The translations under genes and the position numbers were made by a program. The notes beneath the pieces were generated by a model. That model was given only the letters and a program-made list of their open reading frames with translations, ran no database searches and was not told where the DNA came from. This document shows positions 20,138 to 30,340 of a stretch of DNA of 64,000 bases, piece after piece (within the stretch, counting starts at the first letter, position 1; every line of letters begins with the position of its first letter). Where the stretch lies: sequence record PP456878.1; one strand, 5' to 3'. Source of the stretch: Pseudomonas phage vB_PaePAO1-KEN19.

Positions 20138-20441
20138 CGTTATGTTCAGGTAAGTTCGCTACGCTTACCCCGCCTCTCGTATTGCAGGCAGCTGCATGTC
20201 ACCATGCAGACCAGACTATATCTTAACCTTCACCCTAGGTGGTCAGGTCCCTCCCATTTCCACTCGCTTGAGTGTACTCCGCGTAACCGGATAGTCGTTG
20301 AACGTTCAATCCATTTCTGGAAAGCTTCGCTGCTGATTGTCTCATTGAGATGTCCCAGCAATTAGAGAGGATTTACTTGACTCTTTCGAGATCAAGCAGG
20401 CAATTTGACAATATCCATTCCTGAGAGATGGATGGATATTA
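20138..20441 (-). mobile_element. group I intron (about 304 nt, no ORF) in the RNAP beta gene
   Basis: Read on the minus strand: P aattgctggga, Q aatcagcagc, R gttcaacgactatc (plus strand 20290-20303), S aagatatagtctgg (plus strand 20211-20224). P9 hairpin ctgcatg-GTGA-catgcag. The 3' end is ...ctgaacataacG. The intron begins TAA immediately after the exon AAT. Confidence 0.8.
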
Positions 20442-21638
20442 ATTACCACCATGAAAATCAGTCATCTTGAAAGCACCAGCAGGCATCTTTTGGGCTTTGT
20501 AAGTTACTTCGACTCGCCATTCATCTAGTGGGTCTAGTCGATAGAATCGAGATAGTTTACGGACATTATCAGGTTGAGGTAGGAACATCTGTGCAGTTAC
20601 AATAAGACGTTCAAATTCCTCAGTGATATGTAGATCATCTTTACGACGTGCTAATAGACCACGATAGATCTTTAATAGTTCTCGATAATAACTGCTAAGA
20701 TGAGTATGATATTTAACTAGTTGTGCATCCATTCCTGTTGGAGTAGGGGATGGATTTACACGCTCATCACGCCAAATATCAATATCAATAACCTTCGCAC
20801 CAGGTGTGCCAATAACAGCTCTATCGAAAGTTCTATCTAGTGTACGAAGTGCCCTAGGAGTCATCTCGGCAGGAGCTAGATCATCATCATGGTCACGGAT
20901 GGCGAAGATTACACCATCTGGTCGGATAACATCGCCAATGTCTGGGAATGGTTTATAGACCTTATCATCGCCATACATGTTTAAGAAGAAAGCTTTCCTA
21001 CCAGCATTAGCTACAGCCGTGCTATAACTAGTTGGCATCATCCTTTTAAGGAAATTCTTATTAGCTACGAATCCATCTTCAATGGTACCAGCGGCAGATA
21101 GGAATACAACATTAGCATTAACACCCATCCCTAAAGTACCGTCTTTCTTAACTGCACCAGACTGTGCAATCACTGTGTCTTTAGAGAACATTTCATTTGG
21201 GGCAATGGTTTCCCACACTTCTCGATTCTTTACAAGTTCATAACCAAAGTCTTGGTGATGACTCATGTACTCGGGAACATGTAAGACACCAATGGTTTTA
21301 TATTTGTCAAAATAGTTTTCGTAGATAATAGTTGTTACCGGGTTAGATCTAATACTGTCTTTACCAATACCCGTTGGATATTTTCTAAGAACATGTAGTA
21401 CACGACAATCCTCAGGAAAACGAACATCATGTGTATACTTGGCATACTCTAATTCAGCACCCGTTAGGAAATAACGCGATTCATTTCCATTTACTTCTGG
21501 TGCCTGGCCAATATGTGTTACAAACATAGCACCCCGTGCAGATGAGGTAGTGCCATACCAAGGATCTAAACCAGTATGCCCTAATAGGGTTAGATCAATT
21601 TCACGTTTACCTAGTTCAGCCATTTTGTTTATCACCAT
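20442..21638 (-). CDS. non-virion RNAP beta subunit C-terminal piece, exon 1
   Basis: ARGAMFVTHIGQAP resembles the beta NMQRQAVP region. It ends ...MTDFHGGN, directly before the intron. The alternative start MAELGK lies 15 nt downstream of the listed ATG. Confidence 0.75.
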
Positions 21639-21761
21639 TAATTAGACAAGATGCAGTACTACTATATTTCTTATTTGCGCTGTTTTTAGATATAGCCTTT
21701 TGTAAGACTTCAATGTCTGGTATCACCAATCTCATACCTCCTGTTTACTAATTACAAATCA

Positions 21762-21785
21762 ATGATATAGATCTTAAATAAAATT
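21762..21785 (-). promoter_or_regulatory. conserved promoter-like motif, minus-strand sense ...AAGATCTATATCA
   Basis: Member of the recurrent motif family (see findings). It lies about 130 nt upstream of the beta gene start. Confidence 0.4.
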
Positions 21786-21787
21786 TA

Positions 21788-22162
21788 TTGGAATTTATTA
21801 TGGCATTCACACTGTTAGCTAATCAGCCAGATTCAGGTGAATCTGTTTATTATGAACCAGGGTTCAGATTAATTATTGAGACTCATTTGAATATCTTACG
21901 TAATGTCAGATCCACACGTATTCAGATTCCACCTGAACTGTATTACCAGTTCGAAGGAAACTTTTATGGATACATGGCAGAACGCCGTGTCAATCCTGAT
22001 ATGTGGTGGATTCAAATGCGTGTTAATGGTTTAGTTAGCCCTTATGATTTTGGTAAAGTTCTAAGGGATCCTTCAGCTAATGATTACACCAGCTATTTAA
22101 TCATACCGAATAACGACATGATTCAACACCTCGTTAGCTTATATCAAACTAAAAAGTTTTAA
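21788..22162 (+). CDS. hypothetical protein (124 aa)
   Basis: Plus-strand ORF ended by a bidirectional hairpin at 22169-22196. Confidence 0.5.
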   Translation: MEFIMAFTLLANQPDSGESVYYEPGFRLIIETHLNILRNVRSTRIQIPPELYYQFEGNFYGYMAERRVNPDMWWIQMRVNGLVSPYDFGKVLRDPSANDYTSYLIIPNNDMIQHLVSLYQTKKF

Positions 22163-22168
22163 AGCAAG

Positions 22169-22196
22169 CCAGGGGACCCTTAGGCCCCCTGGTTTA
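22169..22196. terminator. bidirectional hairpin terminator
   Basis: CCAGGGGacccttaggCCCCCTGG followed by tttatg, between convergent genes. Confidence 0.6.
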
Positions 22197-22203
22197 TGCC
22201 GTG

Positions 22204-23595
22204 TTACAGTAGACGACCCATCATTTGGTTTCCACCTAGATTCATCATCGCGGTGTTACCATTACCAGCTAGAGCGGGGTTTAGTGCTTGTGCAAATCCA
22301 CCACCCATCGGCATTTGATTGCCCATGAGTTGCATCATTTGCGGATGCATATTAGCCATCATTGGTTGCTGTGGCTGCATCATCCCAGGCATTGCAAAGT
22401 TATTGTTCATCATAACAGGTTGTTGCATCATTCCGGGTTGAGCAAATTGGTTTTTCTGCCCAGCGTTTAGAAGATCTTGGATAGATGCTTTATTGCTAGT
22501 TTGAACTTGTTGTGCGGGACGTTGAGGTGCCTGAGTCATTGCTACAGCTTGACTCATAGATGGATTAACATTCACAGTTGTGCCTACTGGCACACGTGTA
22601 GAAGTAGTTTGTTCTTTAGCAGTATTACCCACTTTAACTACACTATCCTTTTTCTGGACAGGAATTTGGGCAACTGGGTTTACAGTTTCAGAAGCTTCTT
22701 CTTCTACTTCATTGCTGACTCCTTCATTACCATCAAGAGAGGGGATCTCACGTTGCATCTTTGCAAAATCAGCAATCACCTTCTCATCAACTTTTGAATA
22801 AGGTTGAATAGCATCATCGAAGATCAGGCGATACTTATCAATAACACTATTTAGTTGAGTAGTGATTTTGTTAAATGCCTGGATAAGACATACAAAATAA
22901 GGTGCTACCCGCTCAACTGTTCCTGCTGAATATTCAGTTGGTGAATCACCAAATGGTACAACTAGTTTAAATAGTTCGATTAGAACTGGCCGCTGTTTCT
23001 TAGGTACATTTACTCCAAGGATATCATCTTTAGAATAAAGATCCTCTACGATAGGGAACCGAATAACGCAGATACGGTTAACTGTCTTCCCATCAAATTT
23101 ACCATTTGCTTTTAGATACACGCTTACAAAACGTGAACGTTTTTCAGCAGCTTTGACAACCTTATTAAACCACTCAATGGTATCTGGCTTAGCACCGGAT
23201 AGTTTCTTTAGGAAGTCTGAACATTCTGGTGGAATGTCTTTATGCAGAGTGGAGTCGGCAGCTACTTCTAAAATACGTGAAGTAAGATACTTCACAGTAA
23301 ACATTAGATTAGCCTTAACTTGACGCTGCATATGCTGTAGTACTTGAGAAGTACCTAGCCGAGAGATCTTTTCAGATAGCGGGTGGAAGGCGATGTAATC
23401 ATCGCCTAGCCCTTTACGAAGCCAATCTTTAGTAGGTACCACTAGTCGCTTACCATCTACCTTTGCAGGTGCAGGTCGACCAAGTGGATCGAGAATACTG
23501 ATCATATCCTCTTCACCTACTTTGTATCGGAAAGCAGGTAATACTTGATCACTATAGAACTTGGAAAGAGAAATCGTAGGCATTGTTATCACCAA
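22204..23595 (-). CDS. hypothetical protein with C-terminal Gln/Met/Asn/Gly-rich low-complexity tail
   Basis: The last ~110 residues are PGMMQQPVMMNNNFAMPGMMQPQQPMMANMHPQMMQLMGNQMPMGGGF.... The N-terminal ~350 aa look globular. Confidence 0.5.
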   Translation of the reverse strand: MVITMPTISLSKFYSDQVLPAFRYKVGEEDMISILDPLGRPAPAKVDGKRLVVPTKDWLRKGLGDDYIAFHPLSEKISRLGTSQVLQHMQRQVKANLMFTVKYLTSRILEVAADSTLHKDIPPECSDFLKKLSGAKPDTIEWFNKVVKAAEKRSRFVSVYLKANGKFDGKTVNRICVIRFPIVEDLYSKDDILGVNVPKKQRPVLIELFKLVVPFGDSPTEYSAGTVERVAPYFVCLIQAFNKITTQLNSVIDKYRLIFDDAIQPYSKVDEKVIADFAKMQREIPSLDGNEGVSNEVEEEASETVNPVAQIPVQKKDSVVKVGNTAKEQTTSTRVPVGTTVNVNPSMSQAVAMTQAPQRPAQQVQTSNKASIQDLLNAGQKNQFAQPGMMQQPVMMNNNFAMPGMMQPQQPMMANMHPQMMQLMGNQMPMGGGFAQALNPALAGNGNTAMMNLGGNQMMGRLL

Positions 23596-25225
23596 ATTTA
23601 GGATTGATTTGAGCAGGTTGAGCTACAGGATGTTGATACGGTTGCATGTTAACCGGCTGACCACTACTGTTTAGAATGTTTTGTTGAGTCTTAGTTGGGA
23701 TAACATTCTTAACAAGATAGGTAAGGTCATTAGAGATCATAGCCGGTGCAGATGCATCCCGAGTAATGACTGGACTAAACAGACTATCAATGAAGGTCGG
23801 TGCGATGAATCGTTCTACCGATTCATGATTTAGACTGATATCAATAACAGTATCACCAGCTAAGTCAGAGTGCATGGAAATTTTAAACGGAATCTGGTTA
23901 CCATAAGAGATACTGTTAATCGCATCGGTAATAAGACGACGTTCAAAGTCATTAATCTGTGGAGTCATATCAATTCCATCCATGATACTCCTGGTACCAT
24001 TTGGATGCATTTCGAATAGATAGTTATTCGCTCCATGTCCATTTGTAATTGCAAAGGAGGTTACCCGGAAATAGTTATCCATCATGATTGCTGGAACTAC
24101 TTGTGCAAGTAGAGATGCTGCAACAGTGTGATGATCTGCACCACCCCAATGCATGGAATGCTCTGCTCGGTTAACGAAGCGTTGAGAATTACCATTATCC
24201 ATACCAGCTTTAACTACACCATCAACCAGTAGTTCAGGGAATACTCGTTGTAGGTCAGCCAGTGTAACAAAGCCACGTTCCATGTAATTGCAGCGTTCTT
24301 TTAGAATGCGCATGAACATATTGGAATGGATATCTTGATTTCGAAGTACAGCAGATGCATCGCCTAGCATCACTTCATCAGAGACACCTCCAAAGATATT
24401 ATCGTTATCATTATTAGCCATCTCAGCTTCTTTAACAGAATGCTGCCATGCATTAAGAGTACTAGATAGATAACGAGTAGGAGAAGTATCACGGCGATTT
24501 GAATATTGGAAAGTACCTGCTTCACCAACACTGGAACGTTGATCAATGATCCGGTCAAATACACCTTGATGTAGTCCAGTTGATTCAATGCGTTTAGCTA
24601 CTTGCATCGTTTGCTGAATCTGGAAAACATCTTCTGGCCGTTGGAGATATGATGAAGTTCCAGTATACATGCTAAACCCGTTCTGAGGGATAGTAATATC
24701 ACTCATGATATCGACGGGTGCAAGGATCTGGTTAGAACCTAGGATATGTGCTTGTTTAACCACACCAAACTCAGTTGGTCGTTGACGCTCTACAATAACA
24801 GTTTCACTATTAAAATAGATACGCATGTTAGGATCTAGACTATTGCTAAGCGGACTAATAGAGCAATGGTCAGAGCAACCAAATAGAATCCGGCAAGTAC
24901 GGGTATTACCAAAGAAACGGTTATTCTCCCATACTTTCATCATGAACCTAAACCGGCGTTCACCCCAACCATTGACGATAGGGACTTCGCCTTGAGTTTG
25001 AGCACGTGGTGCGATCACATCAGCTGCAATTTGCTGTACAGCTGCAACACCTAGATTACGACCATCATTAGTTGCTTCTTTTAAACGTTCAATAGAGTTC
25101 TCAGTGACCTCTACCGTAAATGGTCGAACATGCTCAGGTTGATAAGTACCAGTCTGTACTAGAATGAATGATTCAATCTGTACTTCAGTATTACCACCCA
25201 TTGCTGAATTATTAAAACCTAACAT
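23552..25225 (-). CDS. hypothetical protein (557 aa)
   Basis: Long minus-strand ORF. No motif recognised. Confidence 0.5.
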   Translation of the reverse strand: MLGFNNSAMGGNTEVQIESFILVQTGTYQPEHVRPFTVEVTENSIERLKEATNDGRNLGVAAVQQIAADVIAPRAQTQGEVPIVNGWGERRFRFMMKVWENNRFFGNTRTCRILFGCSDHCSISPLSNSLDPNMRIYFNSETVIVERQRPTEFGVVKQAHILGSNQILAPVDIMSDITIPQNGFSMYTGTSSYLQRPEDVFQIQQTMQVAKRIESTGLHQGVFDRIIDQRSSVGEAGTFQYSNRRDTSPTRYLSSTLNAWQHSVKEAEMANNDNDNIFGGVSDEVMLGDASAVLRNQDIHSNMFMRILKERCNYMERGFVTLADLQRVFPELLVDGVVKAGMDNGNSQRFVNRAEHSMHWGGADHHTVAASLLAQVVPAIMMDNYFRVTSFAITNGHGANNYLFEMHPNGTRSIMDGIDMTPQINDFERRLITDAINSISYGNQIPFKISMHSDLAGDTVIDISLNHESVERFIAPTFIDSLFSPVITRDASAPAMISNDLTYLVKNVIPTKTQQNILNSSGQPVNMQPYQHPVAQPAQINPKFGDNNAYDFSFQVL

Positions 25226-25241
25226 AGAACTACCTCAATTA

Positions 25242-26825
25242 TTACTGATTAAGTTTACCCAGATGAATTACCAGTTCGGTGATCACCGACTTAATTGTGG
25301 CCGGTACAACAAGGACTTTATTCTGAGTTACCTGTTCTGCTTCTTTGAATAAACGATCGGGTCCATGATAGATCCAGTTACTAGATCTAATGGATGCATG
25401 TGCAGATTGCACAGCAATGCCCGCAATATTTACAGGTGCTACTGGAACACCGTTAATAGCTCGTTGTTGTCGCTGATGTGGATAAAGTTCATCCATCACA
25501 TCCTTATATTTAATTTGAATACGTGTACTATTACGTGGTTGAATGGACATTGCATGATCACCACTATAATACAATTCTACTTGCATAAATACAGCAACTT
25601 GTTGGAAACCCCAATGCCACATTAGTGACTGAGCTGCTGCCAACAAATGGTTAACTGCATTTTTATTAATGTGGCTGAATGCTCTTGCAGGGAAAGCTTT
25701 GTGCATCACCCATTGTGCAAGTAATATCTGGTGTGGATAGATATCTTTAGTAGCTGTAACTGCAACGCAATCTAGACATTCCTGAATTAACTCTACTGGG
25801 ACAGTGTCATCGATTTTGTGAACCAGTTTAACTACATCAAGAGCATCTAAGTTATAAGCTACGATATCACCAGGAGTAACTCGCTGTTTAGTTTTATGCG
25901 ATTCGATAAATGATGTTTTATCATCATCATCAATACCACCTTTATCTGGCCGTTTATCATTAACCCGGTCAGCAGTTGATCGTTCAGCAGGGTTTAGATT
26001 TGACTTAACATATCTAAACATATTTGAAACGATGGAATGTGAGGTGGCATCGTTTAATGGTAGGATGGTTAATCGCCTAACCATAACTTTAGCCTGTAAG
26101 ATATCCGGCACTTCAGCTGAACTCATACCTCTATAAAGGTTGGCTAAGGTGGGTGCTTCATCTTCTACACAAAACTTAACATATGCACTTAGCTTATCAT
26201 AAGCTGTTTCTACTGGAGTTCCATCAATTGATATTTCATCAACAGGCCAATGGTTAACCTCACAATCCGAGATGAGACTAATTACTTCACACTCTTTATG
26301 CATTTCCTGAGAAGTGCCCTGATCAATAAACTCGCCCCAAATAGGTACTAAAGGACGAAGAGCTAGTGATACAGATGCAAGGTTAATATAGTCATGTTTC
26401 AGATATGTTTGATCTGGTCGATTATATCGTGAATCATCAGTGATAACTTCTTCAATATCTACTGGAATATAAAGTTTACCAATAGTTAGTAGCCATCGCC
26501 GAAAACTGTTCATCGGCATGGCTTTATACATCTCTTTGATGTAATAGGATAGACTCATTGCAATCCTCATCGGATCCATAGCCATATCCATGATCTTACG
26601 AATTTCTACATAACAATTCCAGATATGTTGTTGTGTCTCAGCACTTAGGCCACTCCAATAATCATTGATTTCTTGGAATACGCGTTGTTGATCTTGTACA
26701 CGGATTTTACTATAAGCCGTAGTTGTCCAAGTTAAACGTTTACCATTGTGTTCTGTAGCCACTTCAGTAAAACCAGTACCTTGAACTCCTGTAACGATGA
26801 TTTGCATTTTAACCTCTTTTACCAA
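25242..26825 (-). CDS. hypothetical protein (527 aa)
   Basis: Long minus-strand ORF. RBS aaaagagg. The promoter-like motif lies about 35 nt upstream. Confidence 0.5.
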   Translation of the reverse strand: MVKEVKMQIIVTGVQGTGFTEVATEHNGKRLTWTTTAYSKIRVQDQQRVFQEINDYWSGLSAETQQHIWNCYVEIRKIMDMAMDPMRIAMSLSYYIKEMYKAMPMNSFRRWLLTIGKLYIPVDIEEVITDDSRYNRPDQTYLKHDYINLASVSLALRPLVPIWGEFIDQGTSQEMHKECEVISLISDCEVNHWPVDEISIDGTPVETAYDKLSAYVKFCVEDEAPTLANLYRGMSSAEVPDILQAKVMVRRLTILPLNDATSHSIVSNMFRYVKSNLNPAERSTADRVNDKRPDKGGIDDDDKTSFIESHKTKQRVTPGDIVAYNLDALDVVKLVHKIDDTVPVELIQECLDCVAVTATKDIYPHQILLAQWVMHKAFPARAFSHINKNAVNHLLAAAQSLMWHWGFQQVAVFMQVELYYSGDHAMSIQPRNSTRIQIKYKDVMDELYPHQRQQRAINGVPVAPVNIAGIAVQSAHASIRSSNWIYHGPDRLFKEAEQVTQNKVLVVPATIKSVITELVIHLGKLNQ

Positions 26826-26840
26826 TGTAGATACATGTTA

Positions 26841-26867
26841 GTAATATAGATCTCAAATTTTTTTTAG
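26841..26867 (-). promoter_or_regulatory. conserved promoter-like motif, minus-strand sense ctaaaaaaaaTTTGAGATCTATATTAC
   Basis: Ends in TATATTAC. About 35 nt upstream of the ATG at 26825. Confidence 0.5.
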
Positions 26868-26932
26868 TATAACGGTATTTAGTGCTGAGGGCATATCGGT
26901 GCCTACTTCGAGAGTAAGCACCGAAATATGTT

Positions 26933-27673
26933 TTAGAAGGAAGGCATATCCTCATCAAAAGCTGAGTCATTATAACTATTATTAGCCGGCTTAGCATAAC
27001 TATTATTGCCACCTTTGTTATAGTTATTGCGCTGACCACCGTTATTGTAACCACCGCTATTACCATTACCCTGATTGAAATTAGCAGGGTTAGATACACC
27101 TTTAGCATCTGGATCGAATTCAGTTACTAGAAGATGCATTACTAGTTTATATGCGGGGTCTAGGAAACCGTATGCATAAGCATCAGACATTTCCTTAGGT
27201 GATAGCTGACTACCATCTGCTTTGCGGATATCATGGAATTGGGATGGGCCAAAGAAGAATTTGATCTTTGGACGATCAGGTTGAGTGCTTAGCACTGCGA
27301 TGTAAATTCGACCATCTTGTGCACGGCCAACATGTAGCTTAGAAAGCTCAATAAAATTATCACGCTTCTTACCAGCTACGAAGTTATTGCGGTAAACAAA
27401 GACGCGTTCAGTATCTTCAGTTTTACCTTCAATTAAGTCCATTGCAAACTTAATGAAACATGCAAAGGTTGCTAGGTCAGTATTGAACTCAATTTTACCA
27501 TGGTCTTTATCACCAGGTACATTAGTACGAACAGTAACCCGTGGTTGGTTTTTAAACAGACCAAATCGTAGCGTCGGTCGTTTTTGAGAACCCTCACATG
27601 GTTTGGCATGTAGCCAAGTATTCATTACGTTAAAAGGGTTAACTACGGGTGCATTAGGCTGCTGTTGTGACAT
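26933..27673 (-). CDS. putative ssDNA-binding protein (SSB-like)
   Basis: C-terminal Gly/Asn-rich flexible linker (NQGNGNSGGYNNGGQRNNYNKGGNNSY) ending in the acidic tip DEDMPSF. This resembles the SSB C-terminal DDDIPF. The N-terminal ~190 aa look globular. Confidence 0.45.
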   Translation of the reverse strand: MSQQQPNAPVVNPFNVMNTWLHAKPCEGSQKRPTLRFGLFKNQPRVTVRTNVPGDKDHGKIEFNTDLATFACFIKFAMDLIEGKTEDTERVFVYRNNFVAGKKRDNFIELSKLHVGRAQDGRIYIAVLSTQPDRPKIKFFFGPSQFHDIRKADGSQLSPKEMSDAYAYGFLDPAYKLVMHLLVTEFDPDAKGVSNPANFNQGNGNSGGYNNGGQRNNYNKGGNNSYAKPANNSYNDSAFDEDMPSF

Positions 27674-27759
27674 GATGTGATAACTCCAAATTAAAACTAG
27701 ATTCTTTTAACTAGATGGGAAATGATTTCTACGTAATATTATCGCAACAAGTATTTCTT

Positions 27760-28590
27760 CTATTTGAATTTCTTGTATGCTTCTTTTAACTCTTTAGAAC
27801 CATAAGCAGTAATGTCATGATGAACTTTATCTGGTGTTGTTAATCCTGTCCATTTTCTAGATTGTGCCAATTGTTTTAATTGCGCACGAATAGCTTTGTC
27901 TTGTGGTTCAAGTAATTGTTTATCGCCAAATATCTGTATAGCAAATGATGTAAAAGGAAATGGAGTATCTTCTTTTAAACCATTTAGTTTAGTATACCAC
28001 ATGTTGTATGTCTTTATTTTACCCGTATGGGATTCCAATAAAAGAAGTCTATTAAAATGGGGTTTCCATAATAGTTCATGTGGGAAATGGGTTAATAGTA
28101 AAACAGTACCTTCAACCTTTGGAGGTTTATTAGATATTTCCATTGTAGTTAAATCTGTATCTTTTAACTTCTGGTATAGTTCAATTGATACAAATCGTTC
28201 ATAAACATCATAAGCTAATTGTTGCGGTGTTCGTGATACTTTAAATGTAGCTTTAGGGAATAACCACTTCACTGCATCTCGACCAGTAATGTAATATTTT
28301 ACAGTTGCTTTTATCCCCGATTGCCGTAAAGCAACCGGGATTGTTTGTGCTTCTTGAAATAAAACATCGACTGCTGCAACCAAGTTAATATTAGTTTGTT
28401 GTTCAGACTTCATAGCCTGCCACATATTTCTTGCAAGAGTACGGACATTAATCCATATTTCTTTAATAGACTTAACATCAGTTGGTTGTCTAGGCTTTTG
28501 TGGATGTGTTCCTATAAGCCCTTCGAGAGCAAAAGAAGTTCCAATGCTAATCGGAATATTAGCACCTACATCTCTCTCGATAATATCCAT
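27760..28590 (-). CDS. hypothetical protein (276 aa)
   Basis: Minus-strand ORF between the SSB-like gene and the Mre11-like gene. Confidence 0.45.
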   Translation of the reverse strand: MDIIERDVGANIPISIGTSFALEGLIGTHPQKPRQPTDVKSIKEIWINVRTLARNMWQAMKSEQQTNINLVAAVDVLFQEAQTIPVALRQSGIKATVKYYITGRDAVKWLFPKATFKVSRTPQQLAYDVYERFVSIELYQKLKDTDLTTMEISNKPPKVEGTVLLLTHFPHELLWKPHFNRLLLLESHTGKIKTYNMWYTKLNGLKEDTPFPFTSFAIQIFGDKQLLEPQDKAIRAQLKQLAQSRKWTGLTTPDKVHHDITAYGSKELKEAYKKFK

Positions 28591-28602
28591 TATTATTGCC
28601 TT

Positions 28603-29769
28603 TTATTTGAACTCTGTCAATAATCCCAATACCCGCTGGATCTGAGCAGCGTCCGCTGTAAATTTTTCAATATCTGGAATAATTAAATCAGAAATACTTT
28701 CTGGAGTTATATCCAAAAATTCTGATAAATCAAAATTCTTTAGGCTATCTGACACAGTATTTTTCTTTGTAGTAACTTTTTCAATTAAGATACTCCATGA
28801 AAAATTAGGATATTCATTTTGAAATGTATCGAGATCACCAGTAGCTACATCACCTGGATTACATCTTAACCTAATTGCAGAGTTAGTTGGTAGTGTCTTG
28901 ATATGTTCTTTAACAGTGTAATTAAGTTGCTTAGTATCCATTCCATGGACATTCAAAGTATCATATCTACGCGCACCCTTATTCTCAAGGAATGTAGCAG
29001 TCCATTCGCCATTTTCTTTCACCACAACATCAAATAATCCTTTTGGAATTTCATCGTTGTGACTTAATCGGTCAAATCCACCGGCAGCTAAAATGCGTTC
29101 ATAGATAGACATCTCATGAACATGTCCACCATTGATCATATATTTAGTTAATGCTAAATATTCATCTGGATCATGTGTTGGCTCTTCAACAATGCTAGGT
29201 AGCTGGTGTTTAAATGCACCATGTAAAATAGTAAAGTCAACTTGAGATATACCTTTCTTATGCATTAAATCTTTTACTTGATTTAAAGTCTCTGATGTGG
29301 ATGGATTCCATTTATCAGGGACATAAAGGAAATATGCATCTAGTTTCTCAATATACTCGATATCGAGAATCTTTGAATAATGCAAATCAACTTTAATATT
29401 AGCATTATTCTTTTGTTCTACGAAAAACTGCATTTGCCCACGATCGTGTGATGGAGTCCCTTCAACAATACGGATCATTACATTATACATTTCACATTTG
29501 TAGAGAAGTATTGTAATAAATCTATCAATTGCGTATGCAGCTGGATCACCATTGTTTAATTGGCGATCAAATAAATCCCCTGTAATAATCAACATATCAA
29601 TATCTTTTAAAATTGTATCAGGGACAGTTTTCCAAAAGTTATTGATGATTAATTCAGTAGGGGTTTGGCGATGCCCCATATGGACATCGCCTACTGTTAA
29701 ATATCGAAATATGCCAGGTTTCTTTGTTTTATCAGTCTTCATATTCGTCACCGTAAACACATTCATCAT
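28603..29769 (-). CDS. Mre11/SbcD-like calcineurin-type phosphoesterase (T4 gp47-like recombination nuclease)
   Basis: Motif I LTVGDVHMGH. Motif II IITGDLFDRQ. Motif III VEGTPSHD (GNHD variant). Motif IV ILHGAF. Confidence 0.65.
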   Translation of the reverse strand: MMNVFTVTNMKTDKTKKPGIFRYLTVGDVHMGHRQTPTELIINNFWKTVPDTILKDIDMLIITGDLFDRQLNNGDPAAYAIDRFITILLYKCEMYNVMIRIVEGTPSHDRGQMQFFVEQKNNANIKVDLHYSKILDIEYIEKLDAYFLYVPDKWNPSTSETLNQVKDLMHKKGISQVDFTILHGAFKHQLPSIVEEPTHDPDEYLALTKYMINGGHVHEMSIYERILAAGGFDRLSHNDEIPKGLFDVVVKENGEWTATFLENKGARRYDTLNVHGMDTKQLNYTVKEHIKTLPTNSAIRLRCNPGDVATGDLDTFQNEYPNFSWSILIEKVTTKKNTVSDSLKNFDLSEFLDITPESISDLIIPDIEKFTADAAQIQRVLGLLTEFK

Positions 29770-30340
29770 TCTCAGGTGTATCTACTTGCACACCTCCAGA
29801 TTTAGATGAAGATGCATTCGGTAACTCATATAACGGAGTACCATCAGTATTTTTTAATACCCGACCATATGCTGCTAAGATTTGGATTAACACTTGTAGA
29901 AGTTGTTTTTCTAATGGTTCATTATAAATACACCGCTCTAGGAATTGAGCCGCTTCTTTAGCAAACCCACCACGTGGATTACGGTTATGTTCTTTATTAT
30001 AATAATCCATTACGTTAGAAATGCTAGCAACATTCTCACCAGATGAGATTGCAACACTTGGACGAGGATAGAGTGCTGGAACTGTAAAAAGCACAACTGC
30101 TTCTTTGGTATTTACACTTGCTACGCGTAACGGATTTGATAGCTCACGAACATATTTACGATATTCATCTAATGCACCAGGTGCCCATGGACATTCAAGT
30201 AACGGTAATATATTCTTTACAAAAACGTCCTCATGAACAATAGGTGTCTCTTTCTGATGAATGTTAACCATGGCTTGCATTGCATCCATGATCATGTTAT
30301 CGCTATCTGTAACTCTAGTGTTCGGTTCCGGAGTTGCCAT
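29732..30340 (-). CDS. hypothetical protein
   Basis: The listed ORF starts at 30364. Internal Met MATPEPNT (30340) reduces the overlap with the upstream gene. Confidence 0.4.
   Translation of the reverse strand: MATPEPNTRVTDSDNMIMDAMQAMVNIHQKETPIVHEDVFVKNILPLLECPWAPGALDEYRKYVRELSNPLRVASVNTKEAVVLFTVPALYPRPSVAISSGENVASISNVMDYYNKEHNRNPRGGFAKEAAQFLERCIYNEPLEKQLLQVLIQILAAYGRVLKNTDGTPLYELPNASSSKSGGVQVDTPENDECVYGDEYED

Noticed and set aside
26809-27108. ORF 26809-27108 (99 aa), very hydrophobic, overlapping the 3' end of the SSB-like gene
   Set aside because: Overlaps the Gly/Asn-rich tail region of 26933-27673 in another frame. Its composition reflects the repetitive GGT/AAT-rich DNA rather than coding selection.
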